64,000 nucleotides of DNA from NCBI GenBank assembly GCA_019828565.1, contig JAHDYR010000067.1, positions 464,244 to 528,243 of the forward strand, given 5' to 3'. This stretch comes from Carpediemonas membranifera BICM (Eukaryota; Protista; Fornicata). Under the pieces are notes generated by a model, which saw only the letters and a program-made list of their open reading frames with translations, searched no databases and had not been told where the DNA came from. Made by a program: the position numbers and the translations under genes. This document shows, one piece after another, positions 50,201 to 60,941 of this stretch; positions within the stretch are counted from its first letter, which is position 1; each line of letters begins with the position of its first letter.

Positions 50201-51054
50201 ATCACGGATGAACCAGCAGAAAGAGGGAAGAGGCGAGTGGGCACCTTGAGGAGCGCCTCCTGGATAGGCAAACTCGCCCTGGCGGGCTCAGGCGTGGAAC
50301 ACCCAAAAGGGGGGAAGCCATGGGACACGCTGAACTGTGTTTTCCCGGAAGGCGCCAGCACTAACGCCAAGAACAGACTGAGGACCGAGAGGAAGCAGGC
50401 GCTTCGAACAAAGGTGAGACGAAGGGCTACTGAACTCGCCAAGATGCTCCACAGGAGGACGGAGGTCTACCTGCCGAATGGCGGCATAGGGGGCCTATAT
50501 GGCCCTCCACGCGAGCAAATTGTCACTGAACAACCGCAAAGTAGCAGGACAGAGCGAACAGAGCCCGGGCCCCCTCCAACTAAGAGCTGTGCCCCCCCAT
50601 ACCCCCAACCCATCAGCCAAGACCCGCCAGGTCAGACAGGTGGACCAAGAGGACCTGCAGCCCAAAAAGAGCACGACAGGAGGACACCGACCTGGGCAGA
50701 GGCATAGCGGCCCTGCTGGACCAAGCCATGGCCCGGCGAGAAGCAGAGGTCAGACAACAGCTGGAAGAAGCTGCAGCCAGAACCATCAACGAGCTCAAGG
50801 CCAAAAGCCAGGAGCTGGAGGAAGAACGGGAAGCCCGGAGAGCAGCCCAAGCTGCGTTGGACGAGATGCGGAAGGACCTCAGGAAGACAACGGAGAAGTG
50901 CTCGTCTCTAACCGAAGAGAACGAGGACTTACTCAGCCGCGCGGCCCGACTCTCGGCAACCAACGAAGCCCTCAGCTTCACCCTAGCAGCCAAGATGGAT
51001 AACTTCAGGTCTGACCTGAGAAGGAAGAGAGGCGAGGAGAAGGAAGGAGAGTAG
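47206..51054 (+). CDS. LINE ORF1 region (overlapping ORFs 47206-48483, 48113-50707, 50728-51054) with a DEDDh/zinc exonuclease-like domain and a C-terminal coiled coil
   Basis: VDFEEG, CEGAA, HYIHG, AKGVEAE, CPYH...HCALAD; terminal coiled coil. The ORFs are probably one protein broken by frameshifts near 48160 and 50665. True start unresolved. Confidence 0.6.
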
Positions 51055-51627
51055 AAACAATCATAAGTAAGAGGTGCAGAGGGTAGTGTGATATAAGTCT
51101 GAGCTAAAAGTGTATATACTGAACCAGCATGTATGGCCAGGCTGTGACTAGTAGGGCCTTAAAGTCCAAATGGACACCGGCGAACCATTCCGGCGGGAGC
51201 AAAAATGCAACACATTCTTTTTTCAACAAACCCCTGTGCCCCACAGGGGCCGGGGGCAGGGTTACCAAAAGGTAAAAAGAGCCCTGCCTGTCCGGCAGGC
51301 TGTAACTCCAGCCTTGGGAGGGGCAACAACCACTGTCGCTCCCACCTAAGCTCGTTAGGTAATGGTCCTGCCATGCGGCGAGGAAGGAAGCTAAGCGGAG
51401 ACCGGCAGCAATGCCGACAAGCATCGTGAGGCCCCGACTGTGAAAGGGAATGGTATGCCCTAGGCCGGGAACTAAGGGAATACAGGCACAAGCCTGCCCA
51501 AAAGGAAACGACTGCTCGGTTAGAGGCCTCAGCAACCCACCAAAAGGTACGCCCAAAAGGGAATGTCTACAAAGAGCAGATTAGTGCGCGCAGGGTAACT
51601 CCCGCAGTTTATGTCAGAACAACCTGA

Positions 51628-54600
51628 ATGAGAATAATATCGCTAAACAGCGAAGGGCACCTAGCGGGCGCAAACGATTACAGCGGATCCATAGCTTTAT
51701 CCATCCGCAAGAGGATAAGGACTGATGCGATCCTCCTCCAGGAAACCAAGCGGTACGGTAATACCACCATCCCTTGCTGGGTAGATCTCCAGTACGCCTG
51801 TGCAGGAGAGGTCAAGCCATTAGAGGCAACGCGCAAGCGACCCACAAAGGGACTGGCCACACTGATTAGCCCGCACTCCAAAGCGGAATGGGACGTAGGC
51901 GTGTCCGACGGGACGAACCCACGAATCCAAGTAAGCATCCTCAAAGCATCGAGGGCCACGGCAGTCATCAATATCTACGCTCCCGATAGTGGATGTGCAC
52001 GACCCGATGTGCCCTTAACCTGCGGAATTCGTAAAACAGTCTTTATCATATTTCTGGGCCCTAGCACGGCACAGTATCGATACTGCCGATTCAAATGAAG
52101 ACTCTTACAATTGACACCCCGTTCGCCGTCGAGAGAGCACTCCAGGAGTACCTCTCGGCGATGCCCCACGAGAAGAATCCAATTTCGTTCTTTAGGGCAT
52201 TGTCCCCCGAGACAACAGAAAAACTTCGCGCCCAGTGGCGCCCAACCACTCTTTTTGACACTTTCGAGGACCTACAACGAACCGTTCTGTCCGATTCCGA
52301 TGCTCGCCGCGCGGCGAACACAAGCTCTGCCAGTACTGCGGCACGAGCCCGTACAACGAAGACCGACAACCTCACCGCCATCTGGGTAGAGGAGGTACAG
52401 AAGACCATAAGAAAAGCCACGTTCGCCGCCTGTAGCGAGTGTGCAGCTAAGCACAAGGACCCCACCCTGACAGCAATGACCCGGGAGTGCCTTGAAGCTC
52501 AACATCCCCAGATACTGACTGACTGCGGCAAGAAGGCCCGCGACTTCTTCACCCAGCTGACCGACGACCACGACATCGCAAACGTCGAGACAGTCGCACG
52601 GCCTGGCAACCTGACCGGCCCGGACGGCGAAGACGTCTCGGTGGCGTTCGTGTACATGCCCCCAGTGCCCGAGGAGACCAAGCCCGCCCCCTCCTCGGCG
52701 GCTTGGCCAGTCTTCGATGGCGGGGACGTCTACGCTTTCCTCGCCAAGGAGGCGACCTCCATCGCCCCCTACCTCGCATATACCCTCTTGACTAGTACGG
52801 ACCCGGGCGCAAGAGCCAAGCTCCTCAAGGCAAAGCTCGACAACATCACGCTATACGGTCCGGAGCCCCGGCACCGAACGGCCGTCGAGAAGGCACGTAA
52901 GCTCATAAGCGCCCTCAACCCAGACATCAAGGACGTCCCCACCATCTCCGCAAAACTGCTCGAGCGGATCATTCGGGACTTCGCCACTAGAGGTTTCTCC
53001 AAAGAAGCCGAGGATGTATACGAAGAAGAGATTGAGGACTACTCCGACAAGATCAGCGAACTTCTCGACAAACTACGCGACTTGGATGTTGATCACGACG
53101 AGAACATCATTATCCCATGGCGTGCCTTCAGACTCGCCAGCCCACAAGCCGACAACAACGAGCAGGCGTCGGGCACTTCAGGCAGGAAGCCGCTCGCTCG
53201 CAGGCTCGATGGTCGCGATCCGTTCCAGCAGTTCAGGGACAAGACCAAGTTCCGCATGCCTCCTTCCCACACGAGATACTGCACACAGCATGGCTGGAAC
53301 CCGCACCACGAGACGAAGGACTGCAGGTTCCTCATCAGACGGGAGGCTTACAAGGCCCAAGAACGCCAGCCACAGACCGAGAAGCGTCAGGAACGCAGAC
53401 CCGAAGAGCGGCAAAAGCAGCCCGGCAACCGCGCACGCCCTGTGGCGCCCACCAGTCACCAACAGTCGGATCGCCGGGCCGGCCGCATGGACCTCCGCCC
53501 CTCGTCTACCCTGAAGAACCCCCGCCGCGTCGATGAGGTGTTTGACGCGGATGAAGCGTCTCATTCGGAGTTGGAGAACGAAGTCTACGAGATCGAGGAC
53601 ATCATACTCGACAAGGACCCGGTGAAGGTCCCGGCTGTTATCAACGGCCAGCACATGAACGTCAAGTTCGACATCGGCGCTTGCACGTCGGTCATATCAG
53701 CCCCTGCCCTCGCAGCGATCCCCGACGTGACCCTGATACCGACCTCAGTCGAACTTCTCGGCGCTGGGGACGAGATCATCTCCACTGGCAAAGCCGCCAA
53801 GGTCTCGCTGACCCTCCCCAGTGTCGACGGAAAGACCGTGACCACCACTGCATTGCTCATGGTCACGAAGGGCCAGAGGAAGAAGGTCCTCATTGGACGC
53901 GATTTGCTCCGCCGCCTCGGCTTCCTGCTGAACGACCGGCTACTAATACCGTCCGCTGACCCGATCGATGACGACGACGGCCTGGGACAGCACCCCTACC
54001 TCGACTCGACAACAGAAGAAGTCGACCCCGAGGAAGAGTGGCGCAAGGTTAAGCTGCCGACCGAAGAGAACCCGGAGCTGGCTGCCTGGCTGACCGACTT
54101 CCTTCGCGAGCGCAAGGCCGTGTTTGGCCCTCTACCTCCGGATGGCAGCAGGATGCCGCCACACGAGATCGTCGTCGATCCAAGCCGCCCTACACCCAGG
54201 GCCCGACCCAGGCCGTTGAAGGGTGACCCGGGAAACTCAGCCCTCGCGGAGATCGACAAGATGCTCAACCAGGGCGTGATCCGAGAGAGTCAAAGTCCGC
54301 ACTCTAGCCCGCACGTCATGGCAAAGAAGAAGAGCGGCGAAGACCGCTTCTGCATCGCTTACAACGTCTTGAACAACGCCACCATCGACGACCTGTACCC
54401 CACGCCGGACATCCGATCGTTTGTACACGAGGCGAGCGGATGCTCCGTGTTCGCGGCGCTCGACCTGCGCAGCGGATACTGGCAGCAGAACATGGCAACC
54501 GATAGCATCCCGCTCACCGCATTCACCGTCCCGGGCGGGCATTACGAGTTCTTACGTACACCATTCGGGCTGAAGAACGCCCCAGCAAAGTTCCAGCGAG

Positions 54601-57600
54601 CCATGGACGAGATGCTCGCTGGTATCGACGGTTCGAGAGCCTATATCGACGATATCTTTGCGTACGCCCGCTCCATTCAGGATTTCAAGTCGACCCTCAC
54701 CCAGATCTTCGACCAGTTGGAAGCTTACGATATCAAACTCCGCGCCGACAAGTGTGCCATTGGCATGAAGGAGGTTGAAGTCTGTGGGTTTATAGTCAAC
54801 GAGTCTGGCAGGTCGGTTTCCCCCTCACGTATCGCAGCCATCCAGGACCTCACACCCCCAACGACGACAACGGAGCTGCGCCGCACGCTAGGCAAGTTCA
54901 ACTATCTGTCAAACTATATCCCACACCTCGCCCACGCATCAGCCCCGCTCAACGCCCTCCTAAAGGGATCGCCGCAGAAGTCGGCCCCCCTCGATTGGAC
55001 TGCCACTGAGGACGAAGCATTCGCCCGTATGAAGACCCTAGTAGCCGAGCACACCGCCCTCGCGCTCCCAGACCTGAGTGCAAAGTGGACTCTCGAGACC
55101 GACGCATCGTCGACCGCCATCGGTGGTGTACTGTGGCAGGGCGAGGGTGACGAGAAGGTCCCACTCGCCTTCTACAGCAAGACCCTCGACGAGACCCAGC
55201 AACGGTGGTCCACGGTGGAACAGGAGCTTTTCGCCATTGTCTATTGTGTAACGCGACCAGAGTTTTCCCCCCTCTTCAAGCTGAAGCCGTTCGAGCTTCG
55301 CACGGACCATCGTAATCTGATATGGCTACTCAGGAAGACAGACGAGGACGGCACTAAGAAACTGACACGATGGCGACTCACCATGACAGAGTATCCGTAT
55401 AACGTCACACACATAGCTGGAGCGCAGAACCTCGTAGCCGACGCACTGTCGCGGCCATCATCTCAGCGCAAGAACGAGGTGCGCCGCTCGATCGACCACG
55501 TCACCACGACGCGCCAAGAGCAGATCACCAGGGCGCACGCCGGTGCACAGGGCCACGTCGGCCCAGACCAGACCATCGCCAATCTGAAGCAGTCCGGTGT
55601 CACGTGGCCAGGCATGTCGGATGACGTCCGCGCGACCTTACGCCAGTGTCCAATCTGTCGCAAGACAAAGCCAGCCCGCAAGGAGCCGATCAAGTGGCAC
55701 TCTACTCAGCGCATCCGCCCATTCGAGACGGTGCAGGTGGACACCATTGGCCCTTTGCCCGAGAGAGACGGTCTCAAGTACGTCATCACGGTGGTGGACG
55801 TGTTCTCGAAGTTCACCATATTGAAGCCCACACGGTCAACGAGCGCAGCCGAGGCAGCAGCCGCATTGCTGGAGATCTGGGCGACTTTCGGCGTCCCGGC
55901 CGAGCTCCAGTCTGACCAAGGTACACAGTTCAGGAATGCCCTAGTCGAGGAGATGAACGAGCGACTGAGCCTCAAGCACCGGTTCAGTACGGCATATCAT
56001 CCGGCCAGCAACGGCGTAGTCGAACGCCTGAATGGTACCGTCATGAGACGCTTAAGAGCGCTCCTGCTGGACGCCCGCGACGACAACTGGCCCGCATACC
56101 TGCCCATCGCCCAGCACGTTATCAACGCCACCCGCCACTCCACCACAGGCCTCAGCCCCTTCGAACTATTGTTCGGACGCAAGTCAACCATGCTGCGCGT
56201 CGCGCCCGACGCCCTGACCAACGCAACCCAGATGCTCGAGCCGGGCTCAGTCGAAGCCGACGACATCGTCCGCTTCCAGGCCCACGTCACGTCGCTCCAA
56301 CAACTTGCCGCGATCAAGGTCAAAGCCTACGAGGTAAACAAGGCTGCAGGCTCCTCGGACAGCACACGGGCCTGGGAGAACGAAACCTACGTCCTGCTGA
56401 GATACCCGGGCAAGCCGCCGACCAAGCTACTCCCGCCTCTGCGCGGACCGCTCCGCATGGAGGGGAAGGGCGATCACCCCAACACCTACAAGGTGATGGA
56501 TCTCGTGTCGAAGTGCGTCGCCACAGTCCACGCAGACCGACTCGTCACATTCCACGCCGACGGCCTCACGGAGAAGGAGCTCGAGGAAATTGCCGCCTAC
56601 GAGCAAGATGAACAACCCGTGGAGGCAGTCGTAGGCCACCGTAAGAAGAAGAACGGCTCTCTGGAGCTACTGATCCGTTGGGAAGGCCTCACCCCCGACG
56701 AGGACTCATACATCCCCTATAATCGCTACTACGACCAGCTCGAGGCTATCGACAGTTATCTCGAGCTCAATCCTGGTCTCAAGCCGATGTTTGAGAGTGC
56801 TAAGAAGAAGTTCCGCAGGAGCGGTCGCCGTTAGTCGTGCGACACGCATTGGGAGGGAAGTGTGCCCTTAACCTGCGGAATTCGTAAAACAGTCTTTATC
56901 ATATTTCTGGGCCCTAGCACGGCACACCGAGATTGAGGAGTTCGACCGGATGCTAGAGCAAACCGTCGCGAACTATGAGGGGTGTGACATCATCATCATC
57001 GGGGACTGGAACAGGAGGCCAGGGAAACTCAGGCAAGCAACTGCGATGACCCTCCAGCGATGGAACCTCACCCCAATAGCACCAACTGCACCGACGTACG
57101 GGACTAACTCCCGAACGTCCACAATAGACTATGCAGCGGTAACAGGGGGTATCCAAAACCCGGTTGTTAGGGTAATAGACAAGACCACAATCGGGCACTG
57201 GGGGTCGGCACACAAAGCCATAGAGCTCACCTGGGATAGCAACCCGACAGGGAAACCAGAGATATCAAAGAGACTGGAAATCCCACGGATCGATACGTGG
57301 CTGGTCAAACCCAGGAGAACAGGGCCCAAGCTAGAAGAGTGGCCACCACTAGACAGCAAAATACCAGTGGACGAGATGGAGACTCTCATAAGGAAATGGT
57401 TGTCCACCGGGTTTGCTACCTCCAGAAGGCACCCATTCGCTGTAGAAAACCAGGAACGTATCCCTAGTGAGGTATGGGAACGGCTGGCCAAAGCCTCCAC
57501 CTGGAGCAAAACCGCCGCCAAAGATATCAAAAAGTCCCTCAACGGAGCACTGAGCAGATCATGGAGGACCTTCCAACATGACTGGAATGAGCAGGTTGAG

Positions 57601-59922
57601 GTTGGATCCCGTGATGGGTACAAAACGACAAAAAGGATCCTCGCAAACCAAGTGTTCTGCTTCTGGAACGAGAAGCAGCACGCCGGTCTCCCGGTGATGC
57701 TGAAGGCTGGAAACAAGATTCTAGCAAGGCAGAGGGAGATTGCAGACTCCCTCCAGGAACAGTACGCGAAGGTAAGCTCCGGGAAGGAACCCACCTGGGA
57801 ACCCACCTGGGAAACCGAGCCGGAAACGGACATGGAGGACCATCCGCCATCGCTTGAAGAAGTGACAGCGGCGGTCAAGTCCATAAGGAAGTCCTCGGCC
57901 GGAGGCCCGGACGGGATTATTGGAGATTGTCTGAGGGACCTCCCCGAGTCAGCGTACGAGGCAATCACAGTCCTGCTCGCGAAAGTATACGACAGCGGGA
58001 CCATGCCAACCACATGGAAGTATGCAGCGGTGTCGCCTATCCACAAGGTTGGGAAGGACAAGCTCACGCCCAGCTCGTACAGACCGATCTCCCTCACCCC
58101 CCTCCTATACAGAGCCTACGGGAGGATACTGAAATGGCGCCTCAGGCCGACGGTGGAGAAGTTCATCCCCAGAGAGCAAGTTGGGTTCATGAAAGGGAAA
58201 ACTGTAGTGGATCACATAGCCCTCCTAGCCCAACTCCACCAGTCCGGAAACCGTACCAGCGTCCTACTTGACATAGCAAAAGCATATGATACGGTCCCAA
58301 GGGACCTGCTGGTGAACAAGTTGACGCTCATGGGGGTACACCCAAGACTGACGAGGGCCATCCGAAATACACTTACAGAAACGTACATCTCGGTACGAGG
58401 GGCAAGCACATGGTCCAGAACAAACATGGGGGTCAAGCAAGGATGTGTGGTGGCCCCCACTCTGTTCATTCTCTTCACAGCTAACTGGCTAAGCCAGGCG
58501 GCACTGTACCTCCGGCATAGAGAGATCCCGGACCCCTGCCTCCCTCCAACGGACGATATGCCCCCAAACTGCCTCATTGCAATGTTTGTAGATGATACAA
58601 GCATCTCAGCCGAGACCCCGCAGCTCGCCGAAGAAGGCACAGACGCAGTGGTCAGGGTAATTGAAGCCCATGGACTCCAGACCAGCCCAGGCAAAAGTGT
58701 GGTGATAAGTACCGACGTAACTGCAGCGGTCAGCATCCAAGGAACTCCCACACTGGCGTCAGACTCAGCAAGGTATCTGGGACTCTGGCTAGCCAGCGGA
58801 AAGAATCCGTTGGCAGCATGCATCAAAATGAAGACGTCACAATCCCGGAAATACCTAGCCCTGGCAAGGAGAGCAGGGTGGACCAAAGGATCCACCCCGG
58901 CCGCCACCTCGGAATCCATCCTCAGAACCTTCCTCTGGACCAAGATCGAGTTCGGGATCGAGATCTGGGGCCAAGCGCCAGGGGGAAGAGCCATCTGGAA
59001 CAACTGGCGCGGCCTAATGGCAGGCACAGGACCAGGGGGAGGAGGAGCCGCCCGTGTACTAATGGGATGGATGTGCTGGGAGGCAGATATGGGGCAGAGA
59101 GCGGTGAGGCTCTATGAGTCTGCGCACGACCTGGACCGTCCGACCCCCCTAGGGAATCTGGACTGGGCGACAGCGGAGAGAGGATCGGTCTTACATCGCC
59201 TCTACCAATGGCGACGGAGCGTCCTCCAGGGCACACAGGAGGAGATGCCCGCCAGGGAAAGAGCAAAGAGGGGAGGCTGGACCCTCACAGCAGAAGAACT
59301 ACTGCACACCGGGAGCCGAACGGCCAAAGGGGTGGCAACAGTACTAGCCCCGGAAGTCATCCTCAGCATGCAGCAAGGGAAGAGACCCAAGAAACCAGGA
59401 ATGATCAAGGGTGAGATGATAACCAGACGGGAAGTCAAGAGAGTAATCATGACTGCATCCAACACACTCCCCTCCCCCAGCAACAGTGGCAGAAGCAGAG
59501 CCATACTTGGGAGCGCGATCGGCCAGCCCCAGGCCCTCCTGAGCAGGATCAAGCGGTGTTGCCCCCTATGTACCCTGGACTCAGAAGGTGACACCATTAC
59601 TCGCCTGTACACTGTCACCAGAACCGCGGCGGAAACCACCAAAATCCTCTCAGAATGGGCATACAACCAGCCCCTGGGAACACAAAGCCACATCATCTGC
59701 CAATGCAAGGCGGTAGAACGCCCAGAAGGATGGAATGACATCCTGGCGGAGGCGCATCTACGCACACAGTACCACGCCCTAAGGCAAGGGCAGGAGGCGG
59801 AGTGGTACAACTCAAGGCCAATCCTGGAAATGCTCTGGCTCCTCCGCAGCGAGGACCATACCGTCAGAGAGGGACTGCAGAACGGCAGACGTGCCCTTCT
59901 GAACCTCCGGAAAGACGGGTAA
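51628..59922 (+). CDS. LINE ORF2 (APE endonuclease + RT + Cys/His C-terminus, ~1123 aa), interrupted by element E
   Basis: MRIISLN, LLQET, INIYAP|...GDWN, TIDY, SAHKAI; GPDGI, YRPISL, QVGF, LDIAKAYDTV, GVKQG, FVDD, YLG. Removing 52008-56930 restores YAPDSGCARPEIEEFDRMLEQ in frame. Confidence 0.95.
52008..56926 (+). mobile_element. Ty3/gypsy chromovirus E (4919 bp) nested in the LINE endonuclease domain
   Basis: Identical 66-bp TGTGCC...GGCACA LTRs at 52008-52073 and 56861-56926; 4-bp TSD CCGA; PPT GGGAGGGAAG. Confidence 0.97.
52095..56834 (+). CDS. Element E single-ORF Gag-Pol polyprotein (1579 aa)
   Basis: CTQHGWNPHHETKDC knuckle, FDIGA protease motif, LDLRSGYWQ, YIDD, TDAS, D-D-E, chromodomain LIRWEGLTPDEDSY. 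Confidence 0.96.
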   Translation: MKTLTIDTPFAVERALQEYLSAMPHEKNPISFFRALSPETTEKLRAQWRPTTLFDTFEDLQRTVLSDSDARRAANTSSASTAARARTTKTDNLTAIWVEEVQKTIRKATFAACSECAAKHKDPTLTAMTRECLEAQHPQILTDCGKKARDFFTQLTDDHDIANVETVARPGNLTGPDGEDVSVAFVYMPPVPEETKPAPSSAAWPVFDGGDVYAFLAKEATSIAPYLAYTLLTSTDPGARAKLLKAKLDNITLYGPEPRHRTAVEKARKLISALNPDIKDVPTISAKLLERIIRDFATRGFSKEAEDVYEEEIEDYSDKISELLDKLRDLDVDHDENIIIPWRAFRLASPQADNNEQASGTSGRKPLARRLDGRDPFQQFRDKTKFRMPPSHTRYCTQHGWNPHHETKDCRFLIRREAYKAQERQPQTEKRQERRPEERQKQPGNRARPVAPTSHQQSDRRAGRMDLRPSSTLKNPRRVDEVFDADEASHSELENEVYEIEDIILDKDPVKVPAVINGQHMNVKFDIGACTSVISAPALAAIPDVTLIPTSVELLGAGDEIISTGKAAKVSLTLPSVDGKTVTTTALLMVTKGQRKKVLIGRDLLRRLGFLLNDRLLIPSADPIDDDDGLGQHPYLDSTTEEVDPEEEWRKVKLPTEENPELAAWLTDFLRERKAVFGPLPPDGSRMPPHEIVVDPSRPTPRARPRPLKGDPGNSALAEIDKMLNQGVIRESQSPHSSPHVMAKKKSGEDRFCIAYNVLNNATIDDLYPTPDIRSFVHEASGCSVFAALDLRSGYWQQNMATDSIPLTAFTVPGGHYEFLRTPFGLKNAPAKFQRAMDEMLAGIDGSRAYIDDIFAYARSIQDFKSTLTQIFDQLEAYDIKLRADKCAIGMKEVEVCGFIVNESGRSVSPSRIAAIQDLTPPTTTTELRRTLGKFNYLSNYIPHLAHASAPLNALLKGSPQKSAPLDWTATEDEAFARMKTLVAEHTALALPDLSAKWTLETDASSTAIGGVLWQGEGDEKVPLAFYSKTLDETQQRWSTVEQELFAIVYCVTRPEFSPLFKLKPFELRTDHRNLIWLLRKTDEDGTKKLTRWRLTMTEYPYNVTHIAGAQNLVADALSRPSSQRKNEVRRSIDHVTTTRQEQITRAHAGAQGHVGPDQTIANLKQSGVTWPGMSDDVRATLRQCPICRKTKPARKEPIKWHSTQRIRPFETVQVDTIGPLPERDGLKYVITVVDVFSKFTILKPTRSTSAAEAAAALLEIWATFGVPAELQSDQGTQFRNALVEEMNERLSLKHRFSTAYHPASNGVVERLNGTVMRRLRALLLDARDDNWPAYLPIAQHVINATRHSTTGLSPFELLFGRKSTMLRVAPDALTNATQMLEPGSVEADDIVRFQAHVTSLQQLAAIKVKAYEVNKAAGSSDSTRAWENETYVLLRYPGKPPTKLLPPLRGPLRMEGKGDHPNTYKVMDLVSKCVATVHADRLVTFHADGLTEKELEEIAAYEQDEQPVEAVVGHRKKKNGSLELLIRWEGLTPDEDSYIPYNRYYDQLEAIDSYLELNPGLKPMFESAKKKFRRSGRR

Positions 59923-60941
59923 GTACACCATCCCAGAATCCTATGACCTCTGGGACCAGGGTCAAACTGGGACCCAACCCCCGCCTCAACCGAAGCGGAG
60001 CGCTCCTGGGATCAGCGGGGGACGCAAGCCCACGTATCCCGGTAGCACCCAGCCGCGGAAGGGGGACTCAACCCGAACACTAATCTCGCTAACACACAAA
60101 CGCTCACCCATACTGGGAACGTAGACAACATTCAGCCGGCAGAACCGGCACACTCTTCACACGTATAAGAAATAACCCAGAGCCATAGGGCGGGGCACGT
60201 ATGCACATGTATACACGTACGTGCGAGGTATCGGGGCGCAGCAGCCAAACAGGAGGGTAACCATAAGGCAACAATACCACCTGGGCGGCACCTGGACCAA
60301 AACAGAGCTGCGCCGAACGGCCCGGCACCCAAAACTGGGAACCAGCCGGAAGCTAGGAAGAAGCCCTATAGGGAACAAATCCTTGAGGAGGGGATCCATG
60401 CCGGAACGGAAAGTGTGGAAGAGCCCGAACGCAGCCGTGAATCATATAGCTACCCAGCGATGATCGGTGGGTTTCATAACTGGCCCAATTGCGTGGTACG
60501 GCAAACGCCAAGCCCGAAACCGCTTCGGCGGGTGCCTGAAAAATTGCAAACTGGGTCGAATGGTATGGAGAACATATCCCTGAGAGGAGCCCTGTAGGGG
60601 AAACCGAGCAGAAGGCCCCGGTGGCGGGTGTGCAGGGCAAGGCCTTGCGGGTGCCAGGCAGAACGGGGGCCCGAAGGACCCCCAAGAGTAAGACCTGGGT
60701 TATCCCGACTTTGGGGGTATCGGGCCAGCCAGTTGATAGGTCAACATGCAAGGGACTACCCAGCCTTACCAGCTGGACCCTGACGGTGATGGTGCTAACG
60801 CCCCCAACGTAGTATCAGGCTCGCTCACGAAGGGAAGTCAACACGCTAAGGCGTTCCCGGGGACATGGGGTGGTGCAAACTGGTAATTCCCTGATTTACA
60901 CAGGTGTACAGGATACGTTAAATTTCTTTCTTTCTTTCTTT

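Larger units (their letters stand above)
45283..60941 (+). mobile_element. Apparently full-length APE-type non-LTR retrotransposon (LINE), ~10.7 kb without nested element E
   Basis: 16-bp TSD CAGTGAGCTCCTTGCA (45267-45282, 60942-60957); (TTTC)n tail at 60923-60941; empty site visible at 15046; APE + RT in ORF2. Confidence 0.95.

Noticed and set aside
23661-56926. Short direct repeats as a CRISPR array or recombinase sites
   Set aside because: They occur as pairs with TG...CA ends, TSDs and PPTs flanking gag-pol, so they are LTRs; there is no spacer periodicity or cas gene.
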